64,000 nucleotides of DNA from an uncultured Microthrixaceae bacterium (GTDB lineage: Bacteria; Actinomycetota; Acidimicrobiia; Acidimicrobiales; Microtrichaceae): positions 10,814 to 74,813 of the forward strand of contig CAYMKW010000003.1 of the NCBI GenBank assembly GCA_964391365.1, in the 5' to 3' direction. This document shows positions 20,791-29,248 of the stretch, piece after piece. Numbering within the stretch: position 1 is the stretch's first letter; each line of letters opens with the position of its first letter. The translations under genes were made by a program, and so were the position numbers. The notes below the pieces were generated by a model. That model worked only from the letters and a program-made list of their open reading frames with translations, ran no database searches and was not told the DNA's origin.

Positions 20791-21134
20791 TCGACCGGAT
20801 CACGTCTCGTGCGACGTTCCGCTCGTTCACTCGATCCCGTGACAGGGCGGGAACTCCCTGGTTCACGGTCGTGCGGTCCGACGGCCCTCCGGACCCACCG
20901 GCCGTCGGGGCCGGCATGGCGTTCGCGATCCCACGTCGGGTCGGGACCGCAGTCCAGCGGAATCGGGTGCGTCGCCAACTCCGTTCGGCAGCTCGTCACC
21001 GCTACCTCCAGCGCGGCGGGCCCGCTGGTTGGTTCCTCGTCGTGGTGCGGCCGGGTGCCCCGGACGCGAGCTACTCGGATCTCGCAGGAGCGCTGGACGC
21101 AGCCCTCGACAAATTTGAACGGAACGATCAATGA
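20787..21134 (+). CDS. rnpA: ribonuclease P protein component
   Basis: The TTG at 20787 overlaps the rpmH TGA (TTGA). The protein reads [29 protein letters not shown]...[24 protein letters not shown]. The track ORF's N-terminal 125 aa is upstream shadow. Confidence 0.85.
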   Translation: MIDRITSRATFRSFTRSRDRAGTPWFTVVRSDGPPDPPAVGAGMAFAIPRRVGTAVQRNRVRRQLRSAARHRYLQRGGPAGWFLVVVRPGAPDASYSDLAGALDAALDKFERNDQ

Positions 21135-21400
21135 CTTCTGATTCATTGACTCCGTCAATTGCTGCGAGGGCGCTGATCGTTCCGATCCGGATGTATCAGT
21201 ACGCGTTCGCTGGTCGGATGTCGCCGTGTCGGCACGATCCGAGCTGTTCCGCCTATGCCGTGGAGGCACTCCAGATGCACGGTGCGGTCCGGGGCTCCTG
21301 GCTGGCGGTCAAGAGGATTGGTCGGTGTCATCCCTGGGGAACTCAGGGCTACGACCCTGTTCCTGAACGGGTTTCGTACGAACGAGAGCAGGTGGCCTGA
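21131..21400 (+). CDS. yidD: membrane protein insertion efficiency factor YidD
   Basis: [55 protein letters not shown]. There is an ATGA overlap with rnpA. Confidence 0.9.
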   Translation: MTSDSLTPSIAARALIVPIRMYQYAFAGRMSPCRHDPSCSAYAVEALQMHGAVRGSWLAVKRIGRCHPWGTQGYDPVPERVSYEREQVA

Positions 21401-22488
21401 TGTTCGAAGGGTTCTTCGATCTCGTTGGATCGATCCTCAACTTCTTCTACACGTTGATCCCGAACTACGGGATCTCGATCATGTTGCTGACCGTCCTCGT
21501 CATGGTCCTCATCACGCCTCTGACCGTGAAGAGCACCAAGTCGATGCTGCAGATGCAGCGGCTCCAGCCTGAGATGAAGCGGCTGCAGACGAAGTACAAG
21601 GACGACCGGGAGAAGCTCAACGAAGAGCTCATGAAGTTCTACCGGGAGAACCAGATCAACCCGTTGGGAGGTTGCCTCCCGATTCTGGCGCAGATGCCCG
21701 TGTTCATCATCATGTACCAGCTGCTCCGGGGTCTGACCAACCGGGTCGGGGGGACGGGGAGCGGCGTCGGCCAGATCGCTGGGGAGTTCCAGCGATCCGT
21801 CCAGTTGACCCCGTGGGTCTACGAGGACCAGAACTTCCGCCCGCTCCACCTCAACCCGGGGACCGAGCTCTACGACGCTCTCTCGAACACCAACGACATG
21901 AACTTCCTGGGGATGGATCTGGCTCTCTCGGCCAGTCAGGCGCTCAAGGCGAGTCTGGTGATCGCCCTCCCCTACTTCTTCCTCCTGTTGGTCATGCTGG
22001 TGACGGGCGTCTACCAGAACCGCCAGCTCCAGGCCCGGAACAAGAGTGCGGCCACGAACCCGCAGCAGCAGATGATCATGAAGATCATGCCGTTCTTCCT
22101 GCCGATCTTCTCGTTTGGCTTCCCTGCTGGTCTGGCTCTGTACTGGTGTACCCAGAACTTCTGCCGAATCGGAACGAACGCCTACATCACCCGGTCGGTC
22201 TACGGCTCCGATGACGATGGAGGATCGACGGATCGACCGGCCAAGCAGGCCGGAAAGCAGGTCGGGAAGGGATCCGATGAGGGCGGATCGGGTTCGTCCT
22301 CGGACTCGAAGGCGTCGAAGTCCAAGTCCGGATCCAGGAACGGAACTGCACCGGAATCGGCGAAGCCGAAACCGAAGTCGCCGTCGTCCTCCAAGCGCGT
22401 GCAGGGCGGTGGGTCTCGGCCTGCCGGCCGGAAGTCGGGCTCCGGAAGCGGGCGCCGATCAGGTGAGCCGCGGAAGAGCGGCGAGTGA
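21400..22488 (+). CDS. yidC: membrane protein insertase YidC/Oxa1 family, with Lys/Ser/Gly-rich C-terminal tail
   Basis: MLLTVLVMVLITPLTVKSTKSMLQMQRLQPEMKRLQTKYKDDREKLNEELMKFYRENQINPLGGCLPILAQMPVFIIMY. Confidence 0.93.
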   Translation: MFEGFFDLVGSILNFFYTLIPNYGISIMLLTVLVMVLITPLTVKSTKSMLQMQRLQPEMKRLQTKYKDDREKLNEELMKFYRENQINPLGGCLPILAQMPVFIIMYQLLRGLTNRVGGTGSGVGQIAGEFQRSVQLTPWVYEDQNFRPLHLNPGTELYDALSNTNDMNFLGMDLALSASQALKASLVIALPYFFLLLVMLVTGVYQNRQLQARNKSAATNPQQQMIMKIMPFFLPIFSFGFPAGLALYWCTQNFCRIGTNAYITRSVYGSDDDGGSTDRPAKQAGKQVGKGSDEGGSGSSSDSKASKSKSGSRNGTAPESAKPKPKSPSSSKRVQGGGSRPAGRKSGSGSGRRSGEPRKSGE

Positions 22489-22565
22489 ACGGTCCCGCCG
22501 TCGGCGGGAACGAGGACGGCCTGGCGGAGCGAACTGCCGGGCCAGACGAGGAGTGAGGTAGCAGC

Positions 22566-23435
22566 GTGGAGTGGGTCGAGGTGACGGGCAAGTCCGTCGA
22601 GGAAGCAATGGAACTGGCGCTCGACGAGCTCGGTGTCGATGAAGCCGACGCAGAGTTCGAGGTGCTCGAGACACCCAAGCAGGGCCTCTTCGGCCGGGTC
22701 CGTGGAGAGGCTCGGGTCCGGGCCCGGATCGCGCCCAAGGCTCCCCGACCCAAGCAGGAGCGTCCCCGCCGCAAGAGCGAAGGTGGCCGGTCGAAGCAGC
22801 GATCGGGCAAGCAGTCGAACGGGGATCGGTCCGGTTCGGCGCAGGAGGTGGGATCCGACGGTGTCGTGGCCAGCGACACGGGCTCGGACTCTTCGGATCA
22901 GGGTGAACCGGCGAAGCGTCGGGAGCCGCAGCGTCAGACAGCACGATCGACCACGAAGGAGCGAGTCATGATGGAAGCGTCAGAACAGGAGTCGGTTGCG
23001 GTGGACTTCTTCACCGGTCTCTCCGAGGCCATCGGTCTGGAGACCAGCGTCTCGGCGACGCTCACCGACGACAACGTCCTTCAGATTGACGTCGATGGCA
23101 GCGAGGTGGGTCTGCTGATCGGGCCGGGACTCCACACGCTCGACGCCCTTCAGGAGATCGCTCGGCATGTGGTGCAGCGCGAGGCCGATGATCGGGAGTA
23201 CGGGAAGGTTCAAGTGGACGTGGCTGGCGTCCGCGTGACGCGTCGAGCGGCGCTCGAGGCGTTCGTCGTCACGACAGCGGAGCGTGCCCGGGACGAGGGC
23301 GTGACGATTCCGTTCGAGGTGATGTCGAGCAACGACCGCAAGATCGTGCACGACACGATCGCCGGTCTCGACGGCGTCGAGTCGGCCTCGGAGGGCGAGG
23401 AGCCCCGCCGTCGCGTCGTCGTCCGCCCTGCCTGA
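22566..23435 (+). CDS. jag: Jag/KhpB-type RNA-binding protein (Jag_N + KH + R3H)
   Basis: The N-terminus is MEWVEVTGKSVEEAMELALDELGVDEADAEFEVLETPKQGLFG. The R3H end is MSSNDRKIVHDTIAGLDGVESASEGEEPRRRVVV. Confidence 0.88.
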   Translation: MEWVEVTGKSVEEAMELALDELGVDEADAEFEVLETPKQGLFGRVRGEARVRARIAPKAPRPKQERPRRKSEGGRSKQRSGKQSNGDRSGSAQEVGSDGVVASDTGSDSSDQGEPAKRREPQRQTARSTTKERVMMEASEQESVAVDFFTGLSEAIGLETSVSATLTDDNVLQIDVDGSEVGLLIGPGLHTLDALQEIARHVVQREADDREYGKVQVDVAGVRVTRRAALEAFVVTTAERARDEGVTIPFEVMSSNDRKIVHDTIAGLDGVESASEGEEPRRRVVVRPA

Positions 23436-23470
23436 TCGCTGCGACCTGAGGCCAGGCAGGTCGGAGGATC

Positions 23471-24076
23471 GTGCCGGTTGATCCAGCGATCGATCGGTTC
23501 ATCGCTGCCGGTGTTCGTCACGATCTCATCGGCGACCCTGCACCCGAGGTTCACGTTGCCAACGCAGAGGCGTTCGCCACTCAGCTCGATCTCAACGGAT
23601 CGGTGCTCGACCTGGGTTCGGGCGCGGGCCTCCCGGGTCTCCTCCTGGCACGGCTCCGGCCGGACCTCTCGGTGACACTGGTCGACGCCAGCGCTCGCCG
23701 ATGCCGATTCCTCGTCGAGTGGTGCGACGAGATCGCTCCCGATACACAGGTGGTTCACGGTCGGGCTGAGGTGGTGGCGCGTGATCCGCTCCACCACAGG
23801 GCCTACGATTTCGTCACCGCTCGGTCGTTCGGTCCTCCGGCCGTGACGGCGGAGTGCGCCGTCGGGTTTCTCCGGCTGGCCGGCCGACTCCTTGTGAGCG
23901 AGCCACCTGGTGGTCTCGACGACCGATGGCCGGAAGCGGGAATCGAAGCTCTCGGCCTGAGCGGTCGAGGTCTTCACACCTCGGGCTCCACGACCATCAA
24001 GGTGCTGGAGCTCATTCGACCGGATGACCGGTTTCCTCGTCGTGACGGCCGGCCGGCGAAACGACCGCTCTTCTGA
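23471..24076 (+). CDS. rsmG: 16S rRNA (guanine527-N7)-methyltransferase
   Basis: The SAM-binding motif VLDLGSGAGLPGLLLA is present, together with FVTARSF. The position between jag and parA is canonical. Confidence 0.9.
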   Translation: MPVDPAIDRFIAAGVRHDLIGDPAPEVHVANAEAFATQLDLNGSVLDLGSGAGLPGLLLARLRPDLSVTLVDASARRCRFLVEWCDEIAPDTQVVHGRAEVVARDPLHHRAYDFVTARSFGPPAVTAECAVGFLRLAGRLLVSEPPGGLDDRWPEAGIEALGLSGRGLHTSGSTTIKVLELIRPDDRFPRRDGRPAKRPLF

Positions 24077-24141
24077 GCGGGCGCGACGGGCGACTCCCGG
24101 GCGCCTCAGGCTGGCTCGCAGGACCATGCGCTGACCTGGAG

Positions 24142-24157
24142 TGTTCCACGTGGAACA
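24142..24157. promoter_or_regulatory. parS centromere-like site
   Basis: TGTTCCACGTGGAACA is a perfect 16-bp palindrome. It differs at one position from the B. subtilis-type consensus TGTTNCACGTGAAACA. Confidence 0.85.
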
Positions 24158-24198
24158 TCGGGCCCCGGGAGTCCACCGGGCAGATGAGAGCCGTCAGG

Positions 24199-24214
24199 TG
24201 TTCCACGTGGAACA
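24199..24214. promoter_or_regulatory. parS centromere-like site (second copy)
   Basis: An identical TGTTCCACGTGGAACA lies 57 bp downstream of the first copy, upstream of parA. Confidence 0.85.
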
Positions 24215-24320
24215 TTGCGGATCTGAGCTCGGAAAGCCTTGACCTCGTCGACGGGACCGGGGAGGATGACCTGCCGTCCCGGCCCGGGATCGGCAGGCGA
24301 ACGCCGTGCAAGGAGCAGAG

Positions 24321-25328
24321 ATGAGCGACCCGTCAGCTCCACTCAACGGAGTCTGGACACCTGGTGGTGAACCATCCGGTTCGTCCGGACCGGTCGCCCC
24401 GGCACCCGGTGACGGACCACCGCAGCTCGAGCTGGAACCTGATGCTCTGGGCAAGGAGATGGGCAGTGACCGCGCTGATACCACCGAGGATCGTGATCCC
24501 GACCCCGGGGGATCGGTCGAGGATGAGTTGACGCCAGCGGATCCGGAGCCCCGGCGGATTCCGCCGCTGCCGAGGGTGATCGCCATTGCGAACCAGAAGG
24601 GCGGTGTGGGGAAGACCACCACCGCAGTCAATCTGGGGGCAGCCCTGGCCGAACTGGGATTCCGCACCCTCGTCGTCGACATGGACCCTCAGGGCAATGC
24701 AACAACCGGACTCGGTATCGACCCCTCGTCACTGGAGCACACCACGTACGACGTGTTGATCCACTCGCTGCCCATGGAGGACTGCGTGGAGCCGACCGAG
24801 GTCCGGAACCTCTTCGTTGCGCCGGCCAGCCGGGACCTCTCGGGAGCGGAGGTCGAACTGGTCGGAATGATGAGCCGGGAGACTCGGCTGAAGCGGGCGA
24901 TCGAGGGAGTGCTCGACGACTACGACTACGTGATCGTGGACTGCCCGCCGTCGCTCGGCCTCCTCACGGTCAATGGTCTCTCGGCGGTCAAGGAGATCAT
25001 CGTTCCGATTCAGTGCGAGTACTACGCCCTCGAAGGGCTGGCGCTGCTCACGAACAACGTCGAGCTCGTGAAGTCGCACCTGAACCCCGACCTGGAGATC
25101 ACCGGGCTCGTTCTGGTCATGTACGACGGTCGGACCAAGCTGGCGGAGCAGGTGAAGGAGGAGGTCCGCGGTCACTTCGGGTCCAAGGTGTACCGGAACG
25201 CCATCCCGAGGAACGTCCGTCTGTCCGAGGCGCCTTCGTTCGGTCAGCCCATCACGGTGTTCGATTCGAGCTCGCGGGGCGCCGTCGCATACCGGGAGCT
25301 GGCGCGGGAGGTTGCAGGTGTCTCGTAA
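24321..25328 (+). CDS. parA: chromosome partitioning ATPase ParA/Soj
   Basis: The ATG at 24321 follows AAGGAG. The deviant Walker A is IAIANQKGGVGKTTTAVNLGAAL, and VIVDCPPSLG is also present. Confidence 0.93.
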   Translation: MSDPSAPLNGVWTPGGEPSGSSGPVAPAPGDGPPQLELEPDALGKEMGSDRADTTEDRDPDPGGSVEDELTPADPEPRRIPPLPRVIAIANQKGGVGKTTTAVNLGAALAELGFRTLVVDMDPQGNATTGLGIDPSSLEHTTYDVLIHSLPMEDCVEPTEVRNLFVAPASRDLSGAEVELVGMMSRETRLKRAIEGVLDDYDYVIVDCPPSLGLLTVNGLSAVKEIIVPIQCEYYALEGLALLTNNVELVKSHLNPDLEITGLVLVMYDGRTKLAEQVKEEVRGHFGSKVYRNAIPRNVRLSEAPSFGQPITVFDSSSRGAVAYRELAREVAGVS

Positions 25329-26229
25329 GGGTGGACTCGGCCGGGGGATCACCTCCTTGATTCCCGCAGCGAACGACGGAGATGGAGACGGGCCGACATC
25401 CGGCTACCAGATGGTGTCGATCGAGCGCGTCGTGCCGAACCCGAATCAGCCTCGCAAGGCGTTCGACGAGGAGACCCTCGTCGGTCTGGCCGACTCGATC
25501 CGGGAACTGGGCGTGCTCCAGCCGCTCCTGGTCAGGCCCTCCGGGGACCAGTTCGAGCTGATTGCCGGCGAACGGCGCCTTCGGGCGGCCAAGCGGGCGA
25601 ACCTCACCGAGGTCCCCGTGGTGGTGCGGAACGTCGAGGATGTCGGCTCCTTGGAGCAGGCCCTGGTCGAGAACCTCCACCGACAGGACCTGAACCCCCT
25701 CGAGGAGGCGGCCGCCTACCAGCAGCTGATCGAGGACTTCGGTTACACCCAGGAGCAGGTGGCGCAGCGGGTCGGTCGGAGTCGAGCGGCGGTGGCGAAC
25801 CTGCTCCGACTCTTCCAGCTGACTCCGGCTGTTCAGAAGCTGGTGGGGGAGCAGTTGCTGAGCGCGGGACATGCGAAGGCCCTGCTCGGGCACCCCGATC
25901 GTGCCTACCAGGAGGCGCTCGCCCGCCGGGCGGTGGCAGAGGGTCTGTCCGTTCGGGACCTGGAGCAACTGGTCCGGGAACGACAGGAGCTCGAGCGAGG
26001 ACTGAGCGACGAGCCGGTTCCGCCGACCGGTGGCGGAACCCCGCCTGGCGGAGACGACGAGCGCCCGAAGCTCCGCCCGCCGGGTCTTCTGGAACTCGAG
26101 CAGCTCTTGGCCGAGCGACTCGACACCAAGGTGTCGATCTCGATGTCGGCTCGGCGTGGCAAGGTCGTGATCGACTTCGCGAACCTCGAGGACCTGGAAC
26201 GGATCTACCGCTCGATCATCGCTGACTGA
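25318..26229 (+). CDS. parB: chromosome partitioning protein ParB/Spo0J
   Basis: SRKGGLGRGITSLIP, NPNQPRKAFDEETL..LADSIRELGVLQPLLVR and ELIAGERRLRAAK are seen. The GTG at 25318 lies 6 nt after GGGAGG. The track's TTG at 25312 is the alternative. Confidence 0.93.
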   Translation: MSRKGGLGRGITSLIPAANDGDGDGPTSGYQMVSIERVVPNPNQPRKAFDEETLVGLADSIRELGVLQPLLVRPSGDQFELIAGERRLRAAKRANLTEVPVVVRNVEDVGSLEQALVENLHRQDLNPLEEAAAYQQLIEDFGYTQEQVAQRVGRSRAAVANLLRLFQLTPAVQKLVGEQLLSAGHAKALLGHPDRAYQEALARRAVAEGLSVRDLEQLVRERQELERGLSDEPVPPTGGGTPPGGDDERPKLRPPGLLELEQLLAERLDTKVSISMSARRGKVVIDFANLEDLERIYRSIIAD

Positions 26230-26270
26230 GGCCACTTCCGGTCGTCAACGGCACCGTGGAGCGGGCCTTC

Positions 26271-26299
26271 AGGGTTTATCCCCACGTGTGGACAACCCT
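26271..26299. promoter_or_regulatory. imperfect palindrome carrying two convergent DnaA-box-like motifs
   Basis: The sequence is AGGGTTTATCCCCACGTGTGGACAACCCT. TTATCCCCA (26276-26284) faces TGTGGACAA (26287-26295), which is the exact reverse complement of TTGTCCACA. It lies in the parB/cwlM convergent gap. Confidence 0.35.
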
Positions 26300-26333
26300 G
26301 TGAGCTACTGAACCCGTGACTAGAGGTGGAGGG

Positions 26334-27308
26334 TCAGCTCGGGCCGGCGGCGGCCAACTGTGGCCACTGGTGTAGGGCCCTGATCATCGCTGTGGCAATC
26401 ATCCCGTGCTGTGGTTCGACCAGCGTCGGATCTCCGATCCGAAGCACCACAGCGGGTACGCGGGTCTCCCGCAGGATCGGGGTCCGCTGTCTCGACACGG
26501 TGCCGGCACCCCACCCGGGAACGGCGGGGAGTTCGTGGATCACGGCTTCGGCCAGCCGTCGACCACCCAGCGAGTCGAACCCTTCGACGCCGAAGTGGGC
26601 GGCATCGAGCTCGACGACCGGGCTGATCTCCAGTCCGAGGTAGAGATCGGCACCCAGGTCGTTGCAGTACGAGGCCTGGGCGGACCAGTCACCCTCCAGG
26701 ACCGACACCCGGATGTTCGCCTCACTGAGGATTGAACGGACGTCCTCGGCGATCAGCGAGGCCAGATCACTGCCGTCCGAACCGATCGCCACCACCAGGT
26801 GCTCGAGCTCGCGCCCGCCGGTCCGGAGTCGCTCGGCTTCCCGCACGACCGTGACCGTGGTGAGTTCGCCACCTCGTCCGAGCTGTTCAAGTGCATCGAC
26901 GGTGTCGTCCCCGCAGACGCGATCGCAGACGAGCCCGGTGTTCCGCTGGAAGGCGCTCACCGCCATCTCGGTCTGGGGGCCGAAGATCCCGTCGATCCGT
27001 CCGGGGTCGAATCCGAGGTGGCTCAACCTCAGCTGGAGGTCGGCAACGTCGTCGCCCCGGAGCATGGGCCGTTGGAGGCAGAGCAATCGGCCCCGGATCT
27101 GGAAGCCGGCTTCGACGAGCGCCGTCCAGGTCGTCAGATCGCAGACGCCGGTGATCGGAAGGTTCCGCTGACCCTGGAACCGCCGTACGGCGTCGGCGGT
27201 CCCAGAGTCGTAGCGGCCGACATCGTCCGATGAAGGGTGACCCCGAGCCTCGAGCCGACGTTGCAGGTCGGCGACGTCATCGCCGGAGTCGCCGGCGGAC
27301 AGGGGCAG
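26334..27308 (-). CDS. CwlM-like protein: two PG_binding_1 repeats + degenerate amidase_3 domain (start codon unresolved)
   Basis: The track ORF (TTG 27086) contains the second PG-binding repeat and an amidase_3-like domain. My upstream in-frame translation adds a complete first repeat, GDSGDDVADLQRRLEARGHPSSDDVGRYDSGTADAVRRFQGQRNLPITGVCDLTTWTALVEAG. No ATG/GTG/TTG precedes it. The end coordinate is set at CTG 27308 as a best guess. The position next to trxA-trxB matches Rv3915. Confidence 0.7.
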   Translation of the reverse strand: MPLSAGDSGDDVADLQRRLEARGHPSSDDVGRYDSGTADAVRRFQGQRNLPITGVCDLTTWTALVEAGFQIRGRLLCLQRPMLRGDDVADLQLRLSHLGFDPGRIDGIFGPQTEMAVSAFQRNTGLVCDRVCGDDTVDALEQLGRGGELTTVTVVREAERLRTGGRELEHLVVAIGSDGSDLASLIAEDVRSILSEANIRVSVLEGDWSAQASYCNDLGADLYLGLEISPVVELDAAHFGVEGFDSLGGRRLAEAVIHELPAVPGWGAGTVSRQRTPILRETRVPAVVLRIGDPTLVEPQHGMIATAMIRALHQWPQLAAAGPS

Positions 27309-27356
27309 GGATGAGAGTGCGATGGCGGTGCTCGCGTGGCGCTGATCGCAGCCGGA

Positions 27357-27677
27357 TCAGAGGAAGTCGCTGAGGTCCGCGAGGAGCTGGGGCTTGGCCT
27401 TGGCCCCGACGAACCGTGCGACCTCCTCCCCATCCTTGAACATGATCATGGTGGGAATGCTCATCACATTGAACGATCGTGCCAGGTCGGGTGAGAGGTC
27501 GACGTTCACCTTGGCGATGCGGATGGCGTCGGCGTGCTCGTCGGAGATCTCCTCGAGCGAGGGTGCGATCATCTTGCACGGACCGCACCACTCCGCCCAG
27601 AAGTCCACGAGCACCGGCAGCTCGGAGGCGCCGATCTCCTCGTGGAACGTTGCGTCATCCAGAGCGAACGTGGTCAT
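27357..27677 (-). CDS. trxA: thioredoxin
   Basis: 106 aa with VLVDFWAEWCGPCKMIAP. Confidence 0.95.
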   Translation of the reverse strand: MTTFALDDATFHEEIGASELPVLVDFWAEWCGPCKMIAPSLEEISDEHADAIRIAKVNVDLSPDLARSFNVMSIPTMIMFKDGEEVARFVGAKAKPQLLADLSDFL

Positions 27678-27812
27678 CTCAGATCCCTTTCCAACTTGAG
27701 TCCCGACTGACTCGTCGAGAACATCCTCGCACCTCCCGGCCCGAGGAGGTGCTCTCTGGCCAACGCCGGCACGCCCCGGAACATTTCCGATGGCGGCGGC
27801 GGGCCGAATCGG

Positions 27813-28775
27813 TCAGTGGCCCTGTCGCTCCAGCCAGCGCTCCACGTCGATCGCCGCCATGCAGCCGCTCCCGGCCGCAGTGATGGCCTGTCGGTACCAG
27901 TCGTCCTGGACGTCACCGCAGGCGAAGACCCCCTCGACGCTGGTGTTCGACCGTCCGTCGAACGTCTGCAGGTACCCGTTCTCACGGAGCGACAACTGAT
28001 CGGCGAAGAGGTCGGTGTTGGGTCGGTGCCCGATCGCCACGAACGCCCCGGTGAACGGGTGGGTGGTGAGCTCGTCGGTCGTGACGTCCCGAGTGACGAC
28101 ACCCTCGAGCCGCTGTTCGCCGATCAGGTCCTCGACCACCGTGTTCCACAGGAAGGTGAGCTTCTCGTTGGCGAACGCCCGCTCCTGCATGATCTTCGAG
28201 GCCCGGAGCGTGTCGCGCCGGTGGATCACCGTGACGGATCGGGCGAACCGCGACAGGAACAGGGCCTCCTCGATCGCCGAGTCCCCGCCACCGACGACGC
28301 AGATGTCCTGGTCCCGGAAGAAGAAGCCGTCGCAGGTGGCGCAGGTGGACAGGCCATGTCCCAGCAGGCGACGCTCCGCATCGATCCCGAGCATCAGTGA
28401 CGACGCGCCGGTGGCGATGATGATCGACCGGGCCCGATGGGTCGGCTCCCCGTCGTCACCACCCACCCAGACGCCGAACGGGGGCGACGAGAGGTCCAGT
28501 CGGGTGACCTTGGCCGTGACGATCTCGGAGCCGAACCGCTCCGCCTGCGCCCGGAACGATCCCATCAGCTCCGGACCGGTGATGCCGGCAGGGAACCCGG
28601 GGAAGTTCTCGACGTCGGTCGTGAGCATCAGCTGGCCGCCGGGCTGGTCGCTGGTCGACGACGGTTCGCCCTCGATCACCAGCGGATCGAGCGCAGCCCG
28701 AGCGGTGTAGATGGCGGCGGTCAGTCCGGCGGGTCCGGATCCCACCACGATGACGTTGCGGACGTCGTCGGTCAC
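27813..28775 (-). CDS. trxB: thioredoxin-disulfide reductase
   Basis: VIVVGSGPAGLTAAIY, the redox centre CATCDGFFF, VVGGGDSAIEEA and GVFACGDV are all present. Confidence 0.95.
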   Translation of the reverse strand: MTDDVRNVIVVGSGPAGLTAAIYTARAALDPLVIEGEPSSTSDQPGGQLMLTTDVENFPGFPAGITGPELMGSFRAQAERFGSEIVTAKVTRLDLSSPPFGVWVGGDDGEPTHRARSIIIATGASSLMLGIDAERRLLGHGLSTCATCDGFFFRDQDICVVGGGDSAIEEALFLSRFARSVTVIHRRDTLRASKIMQERAFANEKLTFLWNTVVEDLIGEQRLEGVVTRDVTTDELTTHPFTGAFVAIGHRPNTDLFADQLSLRENGYLQTFDGRSNTSVEGVFACGDVQDDWYRQAITAAGSGCMAAIDVERWLERQGH

Positions 28776-28860
28776 GGCGTGGTCCTCTCGAGTCGATCGG
28801 TGAGCGCTGGGGGCGCTGCGAGAACCTAGACCGTGCCACGGCCCGGCCGCGACGGTGGGT

Positions 28861-29190
28861 TCAGTCCCGCCGTCGACTCCAGAGGAGGGCGCCCAACAGC
28901 ACGAACAGCGCTCCCATGACCAGATACGAGACCCAGATCCCGCCGGGCAGCAACCAGTGGAGGAAGCGGGTCAGGCCGACCACGACGATGACCAGCACGG
29001 GCACGAACACGATCACGGCGACCAGAGCGAGGACCGCCGCCCGGCTGACGTCCAGGAGCGGACCGGTGGTGCGGGCCCGCACCTTGTCGACGCTGTCCAC
29101 GATGAGGTCGGTGACCTGGTCGGTCCAGTCGGGCTCGGTCCGGTCGGCGGTGCCGGCGTCGGCGGTCTTCTTCGGCTCAGCGGTCGCCAT
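28861..29190 (-). CDS. small integral membrane protein (two predicted TM helices)
   Basis: The ATG at 29190 gives MATAEPKKTADAGTADRTEPDWTDQVTDLIVDSVDKVRARTTG...AAVLALVAVIVFVPVLVIVVVGL...IWVSYLVMGALFVLLGALLW. The upstream part of the track ORF is shadow of the kinase gene. Confidence 0.55.
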   Translation of the reverse strand: MATAEPKKTADAGTADRTEPDWTDQVTDLIVDSVDKVRARTTGPLLDVSRAAVLALVAVIVFVPVLVIVVVGLTRFLHWLLPGGIWVSYLVMGALFVLLGALLWSRRRD

Positions 29191-29248
29191 CGTTCGGAGC
29201 CTAGAGGCCGCGCCCGGTCGTGGGTGGCTTCGACGGTCGACGAGACCG

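Noticed and set aside
18600-22100. Lower G+C (by eye) around the origin and the 5' part of yidC, considered as possible foreign DNA
   Set aside because: It is explained by the AT-richer oriC and promoter regions and by the hydrophobic, Phe/Ile/Leu/Met/Lys-rich coding sequence of yidC. Gene content is the canonical origin cluster. I did not compute G+C quantitatively.
26271-26299. Possibility of a third parS site (shares the CACGTG core)
   Set aside because: The flanks (ATCCC / TGGAC) do not match the TGTTC / GAACA arms of the two bona fide parS copies. The half-sites match DnaA boxes better.
27357-27359. TGA of trxA as a selenocysteine codon joining Trx to the CwlM-like protein
   Set aside because: I could not recognise an obvious SECIS-like stem-loop immediately downstream, and there is no biological precedent I know of. 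It is kept only as a low-probability alternative within the CwlM start-codon finding.
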